Assembly: GCA_035575675.1 (NCBI GenBank)
Contig: DATLXS010000098.1
Coordinates: 2,641 to 66,640, forward strand
From: Gemmatimonadales bacterium
GTDB lineage: Bacteria > Gemmatimonadota > Gemmatimonadetes > Gemmatimonadales > GWC2-71-9
DNA: 64,000 nucleotides
Direction: 5' to 3'
The notes under the pieces were generated by a model. That model did no database searches and was not told where the DNA came from. It worked only from the letters and a program-made list of their open reading frames with translations. Both the position numbers and the translations under genes were made by a program. This document shows positions 20,198 through 28,853 of the stretch, in pieces. How positions within the stretch are numbered: position 1 is the first letter of the stretch; the number at the start of each line of letters is the position of its first letter.

Positions 20198-22144
20198 ATG
20201 GACCTTTCGCAGTACGCCGAGCTGTTCCTGGCCGAGAGCCGCGAGCACTTGAGCGCCTGCAATCAGCTGCTGCTCGAGTGGGAGCGAACCCCAACCTCCG
20301 CGGAGCCGGTCGGCGGCCTGTTCCGCGCGGTGCACACGATCAAGGGGATGGCGGCGACGATGGGCTACGCCAAAGTCGCCGATCTCGCGCACCGCATGGA
20401 AAACCTGCTCGACCATCTGCGCCGCGGCGGCCGGGCACCTGCCGCCGACGTCATTCAACTGCTGTTTCGCGCCACCGACGCGCTCGAAAAAGCGGTGGAG
20501 CTCGCCGTGCAGGGCCGCGAGGGAGAAGCGGATGTCGGCGCGATTCTCGCCGACGTCGACGGGGCCGCTGCGGCGCATCACGCGAAACCCGCCGCGCAGC
20601 CCAGCGCGCTCGCGCGTTTCACGCTTGCATCTCCTGAGCCCGACGAGCCTGACTCCTCCCCGAGTCTGCCTGCTGCGCCTGCTGCGCCTGCTGCGTCTGG
20701 CAGAACCCCCCTTGTCCAGGTGGTGATACGGTCGGAAGCGCCCCTGAAAGGTGGGCGCGCGATGCTGGTCGTTCGCAGAGTGCAGACCCTGGGCACCGTG
20801 AACCGCGTGCAGCCGCCGCTCGCCGCGTTCGAATCGGACGATTTCGACGGCCGCTTCTCGTTCGAGCTCGACACCGCGAAGTCGGCGGCCGACATCGAAG
20901 CCGCCATCCGGTCTGTGGGCGACGTCGAGCGCGTCAGCTTCGGCGGCGCGGCCGGCGACGAAGGGCAGGTCACGCCCGCGGAAAGCGCGGGCCGCGGCCG
21001 CCACATCCGCGTGGATCTGCGCCGGCTCGACACGCTGATGGATCTGATCGGCGAGCTGGTCACCGAACGCGGGCGCCTGAATGATCTCGCCGCGCGGTGG
21101 GTGGGCAAAGATCCGGAGATCGACGAAGTCGCGATCCATATCTCGCGCCTGTCCGCCGATCTGCAGAACGAAATCATCCAGGCGCGCATGACGCCGGTGT
21201 GGCAGGTGTTCGACCGCTTTCCCCGGCTCGTGCGCGACGTCGCGCGCCAGCTCGGCAAGCAGGTGGCCTTCCGGGTGGAGGGCAAGGAGATCGAGCTCGA
21301 TCGCGAAATCCTCGACGAGCTCGGCGATCCTCTGGTGCATCTGCTGCGCAACGCCGTCGACCACGGGATCGAGTCGCCGGCCGAGCGGAAACGGCTCAAG
21401 AAGGACCCGGAGGGGGAGATCGTGCTGGCGGCGGTGCGCGAGCGCTCCAGTGTGGCGATCAGCATCTCCGACAACGGCCGCGGCATCGATCGCGCCCAGA
21501 TTCTCGACAAGGCGAAGCGCGAGGGCGTCCTCGGGCCCCACGTCGAGACGCTGTCGGACGACCAGCTGCTGCGCGTGCTCGCGCGGCCCGGATTCTCGAC
21601 CGCCGAGGCGGTGACCAGCGTGTCCGGACGCGGCGTGGGTATCGATGTCGCCATGACGCGGATTCGCGCGCTCGGCGGCTCGGTCGAGATCCGCACCGAG
21701 CCGGGGAAGGGCACGGCCTTCGTGTTGCGGCTGCCGGTCACGCTGGCCATCGTGCGCGCGCTGATCGCCGCCGTGGGGCACGAGCGCTACGCGCTGCCGC
21801 TCACCTATGTCGCCGAGACGGTCGAGTTCGGCACGGTGCCGTTGACGACGATGGAAGGCCGCGACGCGATGGTGCTGCGCGATCGGGTCGTCCCCCTGGT
21901 CGATCTCCGCAAGCTCCTGGAGACCAATGGCGGCGCCCCTGCGCCGCCGCCGCGCCGTCCGGTGATTGTGTTGGAGATGGGCGAGCGGCGGGCCGGGATT
22001 GTGGTGGACGGGATGTTGAGCCAGCAGGAAATCGTGGTGAAAGGATTCGACGCGCCGCAGGGCACGCTGCCGGTCTTCAGCGGCGCGACGATCATGGGCG
22101 ATGGAGTGCCGGCGTTGATTCTCGATGCGGCGGGGCTGGTCTAA
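20198..22144 (+). CDS. cheA: chemotaxis histidine kinase CheA
   Basis: Listed ORF 20072.. trimmed to the ATG at 20198. Hpt domain with RAVHTIKG, HATPase motifs HLLRNAVDHGIE and DNGRGID...GRGVG, and a C-terminal CheW-like domain. No receiver domain. Confidence 0.95.
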   Translation: MDLSQYAELFLAESREHLSACNQLLLEWERTPTSAEPVGGLFRAVHTIKGMAATMGYAKVADLAHRMENLLDHLRRGGRAPAADVIQLLFRATDALEKAVELAVQGREGEADVGAILADVDGAAAAHHAKPAAQPSALARFTLASPEPDEPDSSPSLPAAPAAPAASGRTPLVQVVIRSEAPLKGGRAMLVVRRVQTLGTVNRVQPPLAAFESDDFDGRFSFELDTAKSAADIEAAIRSVGDVERVSFGGAAGDEGQVTPAESAGRGRHIRVDLRRLDTLMDLIGELVTERGRLNDLAARWVGKDPEIDEVAIHISRLSADLQNEIIQARMTPVWQVFDRFPRLVRDVARQLGKQVAFRVEGKEIELDREILDELGDPLVHLLRNAVDHGIESPAERKRLKKDPEGEIVLAAVRERSSVAISISDNGRGIDRAQILDKAKREGVLGPHVETLSDDQLLRVLARPGFSTAEAVTSVSGRGVGIDVAMTRIRALGGSVEIRTEPGKGTAFVLRLPVTLAIVRALIAAVGHERYALPLTYVAETVEFGTVPLTTMEGRDAMVLRDRVVPLVDLRKLLETNGGAPAPPPRRPVIVLEMGERRAGIVVDGMLSQQEIVVKGFDAPQGTLPVFSGATIMGDGVPALILDAAGLV

Positions 22145-22157
22145 TTAAAGGAGCGAC

Positions 22158-22775
22158 ATGGAAGACGTCCGTGATCTGAAAGCACTGCAGCTCGACGCGC
22201 TCAGAGAAGTCGCCAACATCGGCGCGGGCCACGCGGCGACGGCGCTGTCGCAGCTGACGCACCGGCGCATCATGATCTCGGTGCCGGAGATCAACATCGC
22301 CCGGCTCGAGGAGGTGCCGGGGCTGATCGGCGATCCGCAGGAAGTCGTCGCCGCGGTCCTCATGCACATGCTCGGCGATTTGACGGGACGCACGCTGCTC
22401 ATGTTCCCCGAGCCCGTCGGCCGGCAGCTGTGCGACATGCTGCTCAAGCGCCCCCTCGGGACGACCCAGGTGTTCGAGACGATCGAGCAGTCGTGCATCA
22501 AGGAGGCGGGCAACATCCTCTCGGGCGCGTACATGAACGCGCTGTCGGAGTTCATGGGGATGCTGCTGCTGCCGTCGGTGCCGAGCCTCGTGGTGGATCT
22601 CTCGGCGGCGGTCCTCACGACGACGTACCTGAACTTCGGGCACGACCGGGACTTCGTGTTTTGCGTCGAGACGGAGTTCAATATCGATGCCCAGGACGGG
22701 CTGCGCGGCCATTTCCTGCTCCTGCCCGACCTGGCGTCGCTCAAGGCGATTTTCGACGCCATTCGGTTGACTTGA
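22158..22775 (+). CDS. cheC: CheC-type CheY-P phosphatase
   Basis: 205 aa. Both copies of the CheC active-site pattern [DS]-x3-E-x2-N-x22-P are intact (DALREVAN +22 aa +P, and SCIKEAGN +22 aa +P). Confidence 0.9.
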   Translation: MEDVRDLKALQLDALREVANIGAGHAATALSQLTHRRIMISVPEINIARLEEVPGLIGDPQEVVAAVLMHMLGDLTGRTLLMFPEPVGRQLCDMLLKRPLGTTQVFETIEQSCIKEAGNILSGAYMNALSEFMGMLLLPSVPSLVVDLSAAVLTTTYLNFGHDRDFVFCVETEFNIDAQDGLRGHFLLLPDLASLKAIFDAIRLT

Positions 22776-25471
22776 CGGTCTCAGAGCGTGACGTAGCGGT
22801 CCTGAGGTCCTTTGCCCGCCGGATCGATCCCTCCGATGCGGGCGCGCATAACAATCTCGGCGTTCTCTACTACCAAAAAGCCCTCGTCCCCGAGGCGATC
22901 GAGCAGTTCACCCGCGCCCTCGAGCTCGACCCGCGCATGCAGGTCGCGCAGCGGAATCTCGAGATCGCCTACCACAATACCGGGTACTACGACCGCCGCG
23001 TGGCCGAGCTTCAGGAGAAGCTGCGCAGCGCGCCCGACGAGCGCGACGCGCGCTGGGAGCTGGGCCGCACGTATGCGATCCTGGGCGCCTCCGAGGAGGC
23101 GGTCGCCGAATTCGAAGAGCTGCTGGCACACAAGCCGAAGGACGTGGCGGCGATCATCCAGCTCGGACTCGCCGAGAAGGCCCGCGGACGTCTGGAAGTG
23201 GCGACCGAGTGGTTCCTGCGGGCCGTCGAAGACGAGCCGGACTCCTCCGTCGTCCACTTCTACCTTGGCGAGGTCTACTACAACCGCGGGCTGAACGAGC
23301 CGGCGCTGACCGCCCTCGAGCGCGCCGTCTCGCTCAATCCCGACAACGCGAACGCGCATTACCTGATGGCGTTCGTGCTGGGCGACATGGGGCGGCATCA
23401 GGACGCGCGCGCCGCGTCGAAGCGCGCCATCCAGCTGAACCCGCCGCTGGCGCGCGCGCAGACCAACCTGTCGCTGGAGCGCTACCGCGCCGAACGCCAG
23501 TCGGCCGAGCACCGCCTGCGCGAGCACCCCGCGCCCGAGGTCGCCGAGGGCAGCGAGCTCGCGCATTACAACCTCGGCCTCGCGTTCCGGCAGAAGGGCT
23601 ACTACGCCGAGGCGCTGCGCGAGTACCGCCTCGCGATCGAGCGCGGCGAGGATCGCAGGCTGGTGCGCCAGGCGATGGCGGAAGTGCATCTCCTCAAGCG
23701 CGACTTCACCGATGCGCTCGAGCTGTACGAGTCGCTGATCCATGAGATCCCCGACTCGCCCAAGCTCTGGAACGAGCGCGGCGTCGTGTTGCATCAGGCG
23801 GGCCGAACGGCGGACGCGCTGACGTCCTACCGCCAGGCGACGGAGGTCGATCCCCGCTACGCGCTCGCGTGGAACAACATCGGCGTCGTGCTGGCGCATC
23901 AGGCCGATACCGAAGATGCGATCGAGGGATTTCGGAAAGCCCTGCAGCTGTCGCCGGCGTTCGTCGGCGCCCGCCTCAACCTCGCGCTGCTCCTGACCCA
24001 CCTGCGCCGCTTCCAGCTCGCGCTCGAAGCGTATCGCCAGGTGCTGGCGGAACAGCCGGGCTCGGCGCCGGCGTGGAACGGGGTGGGACTCGTGCTCGTC
24101 GAGCTGAAGCGCTTCCCCGACGCCCGGAACGCCTTCGTCCGGGCCGTCGAGGCCGACCCGCAGAACGCGGGCGCCCACTACAACCTCAGCTTCACGCTCT
24201 CGAACCTCGGCGACTACGACGGCGCGCTGCGCGCGACCAAGCGCGCGCTCGAGCTGGACCCGTATTACGTGTCGCAGAAGTTCGCGCTGGCGATCGATCT
24301 GCAGTATGAGACGGTCGCGATCGGCATCGTGCCCGAGATCTCGGCCGACGTCGCGGCCGAGAGCCTGGGCGGCGAATTCGCGTTCGACCAGCGGCTGATC
24401 GACAACATCTTCCAGGAGCTGGAGCCGCCCGCCGGCGCGGCCCAGGCCGCGCCGGCCGGGCTGGCCAAGCGGGCCGACGATCCGCTGGCCCTGGCGCGCG
24501 ATTATGTGAGCAAGGGAATGATGGACCTCGCCGTGGCGGAGGCGATGCGCGCCGTGCAGCGCGGCGCGGACCGGGGCCAGGCCGCCACGCTGATCGGCGA
24601 CAGCTATGCCCGGCGCGGCCTGCACGGGGAGGCGCTGGAACGCTACCGCGAGGCGCGCACGCTCGATGCCGCGAACGCCCCGGCCGCGCTCGGCGAGGTG
24701 AAGAGCCTGCTCGCCGTGCACCGCTCCGCCGAAGCGCTGCCGCTCGCCGAAGACCTGGTCGCCAAGGCGCCCGAAGACGTCGAGGTGCTCGTCGCGGCCG
24801 CGAAGGCGCGCGCGGCGACGGGCGATGCGGCCGGCGCGCTGACGGCGCTGCGGCAGGCCCAGACCCGCGCGCCGGACCGGGCCGATCTGCACAAGCTGCA
24901 GGGCGACATCGCCCTGAAAGTCGGCGACCGCCAGGCCGCCCGCGCGGCGTACCGCTCGGCGCTCGACCTCGATGAAGGGTTCGTGCAGGTCTGGCTCGAT
25001 CTCGGGCGGCTGCACGAACAGGACGAAGAGTGGGTGGAAGCGCAGCGCGCGTACGAAGCGGCGCTCGAAGCGCTGCCGACCTTCCACGAGGCGGGGCTCG
25101 CGCACGCGGACCTGCTCAGGCGCACGGGGGATCTGCGGACCGCGGTCGTACGGCTCGCCGAGATGCTGGAGCAGGATCCGTACGACATGGACGCGCTGCT
25201 GCTGCTCGGTCGCACGCTGCTCGACGACAAGCGCGGCGTCGAGGCGCTCGAAGCGTTCCGGCGCGCGCTGAAATTCGATCCCGAGCACACCGGTGCACTG
25301 TTTTACCTGGGCGTGACGCTCGCGAAGCTGCAGCGCTACACCGAAGCGGTGGCCGCGTGGGACCGCGTGACGCGCATCGATCCCGGCGGGCCGTTCGCGC
25401 AACGTGCGCGCATGCACGCGCGGACCGCCGTCGACTTGCAGCACATCTTCTCCACCTCGGACGCGGCCTAA
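22772..25471 (+). CDS. large tetratricopeptide-repeat protein
   Basis: Listed ORF 22430.. trimmed to the TTG at 22772 (TTGA overlap with the cheC stop). 899 aa of near-continuous TPR units (repeated A..Y..AL.L.P pattern). No TM and no MCP signalling motif. Confidence 0.8.
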   Translation: MTVSERDVAVLRSFARRIDPSDAGAHNNLGVLYYQKALVPEAIEQFTRALELDPRMQVAQRNLEIAYHNTGYYDRRVAELQEKLRSAPDERDARWELGRTYAILGASEEAVAEFEELLAHKPKDVAAIIQLGLAEKARGRLEVATEWFLRAVEDEPDSSVVHFYLGEVYYNRGLNEPALTALERAVSLNPDNANAHYLMAFVLGDMGRHQDARAASKRAIQLNPPLARAQTNLSLERYRAERQSAEHRLREHPAPEVAEGSELAHYNLGLAFRQKGYYAEALREYRLAIERGEDRRLVRQAMAEVHLLKRDFTDALELYESLIHEIPDSPKLWNERGVVLHQAGRTADALTSYRQATEVDPRYALAWNNIGVVLAHQADTEDAIEGFRKALQLSPAFVGARLNLALLLTHLRRFQLALEAYRQVLAEQPGSAPAWNGVGLVLVELKRFPDARNAFVRAVEADPQNAGAHYNLSFTLSNLGDYDGALRATKRALELDPYYVSQKFALAIDLQYETVAIGIVPEISADVAAESLGGEFAFDQRLIDNIFQELEPPAGAAQAAPAGLAKRADDPLALARDYVSKGMMDLAVAEAMRAVQRGADRGQAATLIGDSYARRGLHGEALERYREARTLDAANAPAALGEVKSLLAVHRSAEALPLAEDLVAKAPEDVEVLVAAAKARAATGDAAGALTALRQAQTRAPDRADLHKLQGDIALKVGDRQAARAAYRSALDLDEGFVQVWLDLGRLHEQDEEWVEAQRAYEAALEALPTFHEAGLAHADLLRRTGDLRTAVVRLAEMLEQDPYDMDALLLLGRTLLDDKRGVEALEAFRRALKFDPEHTGALFYLGVTLAKLQRYTEAVAAWDRVTRIDPGGPFAQRARMHARTAVDLQHIFSTSDAA

Positions 25472-25474
25472 CGT

Positions 25475-26611
25475 ATGGCGATCGAAGGACCGCTTCGCGA
25501 GCTTGGGATCCACGACGTCTTCCAGCTGCTCGACTTGAGCCGGAAGACGGGTGCGCTGCGCGTCACCTCGGAGCTGCGCCACAACGAGGGCAAGATCTAC
25601 TTCGATAACGGCGTCGTGGTGTCGGCGGAGATTCGCAGCAACCCCCACCCGCTCGGCGCGTTGCTGCTGCGCACCGGCAAAATCGCCGAGGCCGATCTCG
25701 AGCGGGCGCGCGACATGCAGCAGCGGCAGGGCGACAAGCGCAGACTCGGCGAGATCCTCGTGGCGCTCGGCGTCATCACCCAGCGCGAGGTCGAGCGCCA
25801 GATCCACTTCCAGATCGAAGAAGTCGTCTTCGAGGTCATGAGCTGGAACGAAGGCTACTTCTCGTTTGCGGAAGAGGCCGAGAGCAAGGTGCCCACCGAG
25901 GTCACGGTCCGCATCCCGGTGGAAGCGCTCTTGATGGAAGGCGCGCGCCGCATCGATGAATGGTCCCGGATCGAGAACCGCATTCCCCATGTCGGCGTGG
26001 TGCCGTCGCTCGCGCCGCCGCCCGAAGGCGGCGGCGGCGAGCTGGATCTCCTGCCGCCCGAGTGGGAAGTGCTGGCGCTGATCGACGGCGATCGCTCCGT
26101 GCGGGGTCTCGCGACGGAGCTTGGCCGGTCCGATTTCGAAGTCGCCAAGACGCTGTTCGGGCTCGAGAGCGCCGGCGTCATCGTGCTGGTGGATCCGGGG
26201 ACGGCCAAGCGCGGGCGTCCGAGCGCCGCGGGCGAGCTCACGGAGCAGGTGGCGAAGGCGGAGCGTGCGCTCGTCGCGAAGGACCTCGACGCCGCCCGCG
26301 CCGCCGCCGAACAAGCGGGCAGCATGCAGCCGCACGACGCGACGATTCATCTTCTGCTCGGCCGCATCCATCTGGCGCAGGGGCACGCGTCCGCCGCCGC
26401 CGAGGAGCTGCGGCGCGCGCTCCGGCTCGATCCGTTGCTCGCCGCGACGCATCGCCACCTGGGATTCGCCCTCGTCGCGATGGGCCGGTTCGGCGAAGCC
26501 GTGCAAAGCTGGGACCAGTGGGAGCGCTTGGCGCGCACGACGGAAGAGGAGGCGCACAAACCGGACGTGCAGCGCGCCCGCGACGCCGCGCGAGTGTTCA
26601 GCAATGGCTGA
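25475..26611 (+). CDS. PATAN/DUF4388 domain protein with helical MshEN-like insert and C-terminal TPRs
   Basis: 378 aa. N-terminal GPLRELGIHDVFQLLDLSRKTGALRV...GKIYFDNGVVVSAE is the DUF4388 signature. Also carries paired RLG..LV..G motifs, a wHTH-like LALIDGDRSV segment and TPRs at the C-terminus. Confidence 0.8.
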   Translation: MAIEGPLRELGIHDVFQLLDLSRKTGALRVTSELRHNEGKIYFDNGVVVSAEIRSNPHPLGALLLRTGKIAEADLERARDMQQRQGDKRRLGEILVALGVITQREVERQIHFQIEEVVFEVMSWNEGYFSFAEEAESKVPTEVTVRIPVEALLMEGARRIDEWSRIENRIPHVGVVPSLAPPPEGGGGELDLLPPEWEVLALIDGDRSVRGLATELGRSDFEVAKTLFGLESAGVIVLVDPGTAKRGRPSAAGELTEQVAKAERALVAKDLDAARAAAEQAGSMQPHDATIHLLLGRIHLAQGHASAAAEELRRALRLDPLLAATHRHLGFALVAMGRFGEAVQSWDQWERLARTTEEEAHKPDVQRARDAARVFSNG

Positions 26612-27428
26612 CGAGATCCGCGCGCTCTCGGCGCAGCTCGCCCAGGATCCGCAGAGCCTCGTGTTCTTGCGGCTGGGCGAAGCCTTGCGCCGCAAGGGAC
26701 AGCTCGACTCCGCCACCCGAGTCGCGATGAACGGGCTCGAGCGGCATCCGCATCTCGCCGACGCGCACGACCTGTTCGCGCGGATCCTGACCGACAAGCA
26801 CGACTACGCGCGCGCGTTCGACGAGTGGGACATGGCCGTCCGGATCGCGCCCAACCATACCGGCGCCCTGAAGGGGCTCGCCTTCCTCTACTTCAAGGTC
26901 GGCGATATCGCCCAGGCCGAAACCCATCTCGAGCAGGCGCGCAAGGTCGAGCCGGACGATCCGACCATCGATCAGGCGTTTGAGATGATCCGCGGCGGGG
27001 CACATGCGCCGCCCTCCGCCGCCCCCTCGCCGCCCCCCGCCGCCCCAGCGCCGCCAGCGGGTGCGCTCGATGAAGCGCGCGTTTTCGCGGGATTAGAGGG
27101 CGCCAACGAAGGCCTCCTGCTCATCGACGGCGCGGGACGCGTCCTGGGTGGGTCGATCCGCGATGGATCGGGCTCGGATGTCACCGACAGCGTTGCCGCC
27201 TATCTTGCCGGCGTCTCGCAGGAGGCGGCGCGGACCGCGAAGCTGCTGGGGCTGGGAGCCTGGAACGGTTTGTCGGCGGAAGGGCAACACGGCAACGTGC
27301 ACCTGGCGCATCCGACGCCTGAAGCGCTGCTCCTCGTCGTCCGCGAGCGCGGGACGCCGCTCGGCCGCCTCGCGATTCTCGCGCAGCGGGCGACGTCGCT
27401 GGCGCGCCGCTGGCTGGAGCAGCAATGA
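26604..27428 (+). CDS. TPR - Pro/Ala linker - Roadblock/LC7 fusion protein
   Basis: Listed ORF 26121.. trimmed to the ATG at 26604. TPR N-terminus (LVFLRLGEALRRKGQLDSA...), then a Pro/Ala-rich linker. The C-terminal ~110 aa has a Roadblock-like pattern (GLLLIDGAGRVLGGS...ALLLVVRERGTPLGRL). Confidence 0.65.
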   Translation: MADEIRALSAQLAQDPQSLVFLRLGEALRRKGQLDSATRVAMNGLERHPHLADAHDLFARILTDKHDYARAFDEWDMAVRIAPNHTGALKGLAFLYFKVGDIAQAETHLEQARKVEPDDPTIDQAFEMIRGGAHAPPSAAPSPPPAAPAPPAGALDEARVFAGLEGANEGLLLIDGAGRVLGGSIRDGSGSDVTDSVAAYLAGVSQEAARTAKLLGLGAWNGLSAEGQHGNVHLAHPTPEALLLVVRERGTPLGRLAILAQRATSLARRWLEQQ

Positions 27429-27775
27429 CGAAGGGACCGCTCGATTTGATCACCCGCGTGCGTGGCGTGCGCGGCGCGATGCTGGTCTCGGCGGAGGACG
27501 GCCTCGTCGTGGCCGAGCAGCTCATGGAGGGGATCAAGGGCGGCGCCGTGGCCGCGCTCGCCGCGAGCCTCGCCGGCCGGCTGCGCCGGGCGATGGAAGC
27601 GGCGGGGACCGGGACGAGCGTCTTTTGGCACCTGCAGGCGGAGCAGGGAGCGCTGCTGGTCGTTCCCGGCGGGCACAATGCCGGCGGCATCCTGGTCGTC
27701 GCGGTGGCGGAGCCCGATGTGAACATCGGCCTGGTGCGCCTCGAGCTGCTGCGAGCGGCGGAGACGATGGTATGA
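27425..27775 (+). CDS. Roadblock/LC7 domain protein (MglB paralog, MglC-like size)
   Basis: 116 aa. VRGVRGAMLVSAEDGLVVAE...ILVVAVAEPDVNIGLVRLELLRAAE. ATGA overlaps at both ends. Confidence 0.8.
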   Translation: MTKGPLDLITRVRGVRGAMLVSAEDGLVVAEQLMEGIKGGAVAALAASLAGRLRRAMEAAGTGTSVFWHLQAEQGALLVVPGGHNAGGILVVAVAEPDVNIGLVRLELLRAAETMV

Positions 27776-28248
27776 GTCAACAGACCCGCGCCGTCGAAAA
27801 CTGGACGCTGCAACCGCTCACCGACTTCGTGCGGGAAGCATCGGCGCGTCTGGTCCTGGTGCTCACGCCGTCGGGGCAGGTGCTGGCGCAATCGGGATTC
27901 TCGCGCGCCGTCGATGTCATGTCGTCCGCGGCGCTGGCGGCGGCGATCGTCGCCACGACCGGCGAGCTGGCGCGCCAGCTGCGGCAGCCGCCCTTCGCGG
28001 CGCTCAGCCATCAGGGCCCCAAGACCGGGTTCTTCCTGGCGACGTTCTCGACCGAGCGCGGCACGCTGGCGGTGCTCGCCGTCTACGATCTCGATGTTTC
28101 ATCGCTCGGCTTGGTTCAGTTATTCTATGAGCAGCTTGCGGCGGACTTGAAGACGGCTAGCCCAAAGGGGGCGGTCCCCAAGCAGGTGCTCGCGGCCGAC
28201 TTCGAGCGCGAGTTGACGGACAGCCTCAACACGCTGTTTGGGAGATAG
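27772..28248 (+). CDS. mglB: MglB-like Roadblock/LC7 GTPase-activating protein
   Basis: Listed ORF 27148.. trimmed to the ATG at 27772. 158 aa with a Roadblock core ending in SSLGLVQLF, plus a C-terminal extension ending DSLNTLFGR, as in M. xanthus MglB (SLGLVRLR ... DNLFSE). Lies immediately upstream of mglA. Confidence 0.8.
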   Translation: MSQQTRAVENWTLQPLTDFVREASARLVLVLTPSGQVLAQSGFSRAVDVMSSAALAAAIVATTGELARQLRQPPFAALSHQGPKTGFFLATFSTERGTLAVLAVYDLDVSSLGLVQLFYEQLAADLKTASPKGAVPKQVLAADFERELTDSLNTLFGR

Positions 28249-28250
28249 CG

Positions 28251-28853
28251 GTGTCCCTGGTCAACTTCACGACCCGCGAGATCACGTGCAAAATCGTCTA
28301 CTACGGACCTGGGCGGTCCGGAAAGACGACCAATCTCCATTACATCTACGGCCGCGTGCCGGAAACTCGGCGCGGGCGCATGGTGTCGCTCGCCACGCAG
28401 ACCGACCGCACGCTGTTCTTCGACTTCCTGCCGATCGATCTGGGCCAGATCTCCGGATTCTCGACGCGGTTTCAGCTCTACACCGTTCCGGGCCAGGTCT
28501 ATTACAACGCCACCCGGCGGCTGGTGCTGCAGGGCGCGGACGGCGTGGTCTTCGTCGGGGACAGTCAAGCCCGGCAGCTCGATGAGAATGTCGAAAGCCT
28601 GCAGAACCTCCAGAGCAATCTGCTCGAGCACGGCATCGATGTGCGCACCATGCCGCTGGTGATGCAATACAACAAGCAGGACCTGCCCGCCGAGCTGATC
28701 CTGAGGCAGGAGGACCTCGACGACGCGCTCAACTTCCGGAGCGTGCCGAGCTTCGCAGCCGACGCGCTGCACGGCAGAGGGGTGTTCGAGACCCTCAAGT
28801 CGATCTCGGAGCTCGTGCTCAAGAAGCTCGCGGCGGGAACCCCCGCGACATGA
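28251..28853 (+). CDS. mglA: Ras-like polarity GTPase MglA
   Basis: 200 aa, collinear with M. xanthus Mgl[18 protein letters not shown]-loop, intrinsic Arg in [12 protein letters not shown], MglA-specific YTVPGQ (Thr in place of the G3 Asp), NKQDLP. Confidence 0.93.
   Translation: MSLVNFTTREITCKIVYYGPGRSGKTTNLHYIYGRVPETRRGRMVSLATQTDRTLFFDFLPIDLGQISGFSTRFQLYTVPGQVYYNATRRLVLQGADGVVFVGDSQARQLDENVESLQNLQSNLLEHGIDVRTMPLVMQYNKQDLPAELILRQEDLDDALNFRSVPSFAADALHGRGVFETLKSISELVLKKLAAGTPAT

Noticed and set aside
22781-26797. 1338-aa ORF on the minus strand
   Set aside because: Antisense to the TPR and PATAN genes. The translation is low-complexity and Arg/Ala/Gly-rich with no motifs. The + strand frames carry clear TPR and DUF4388 signatures and overlap-coupled junctions.
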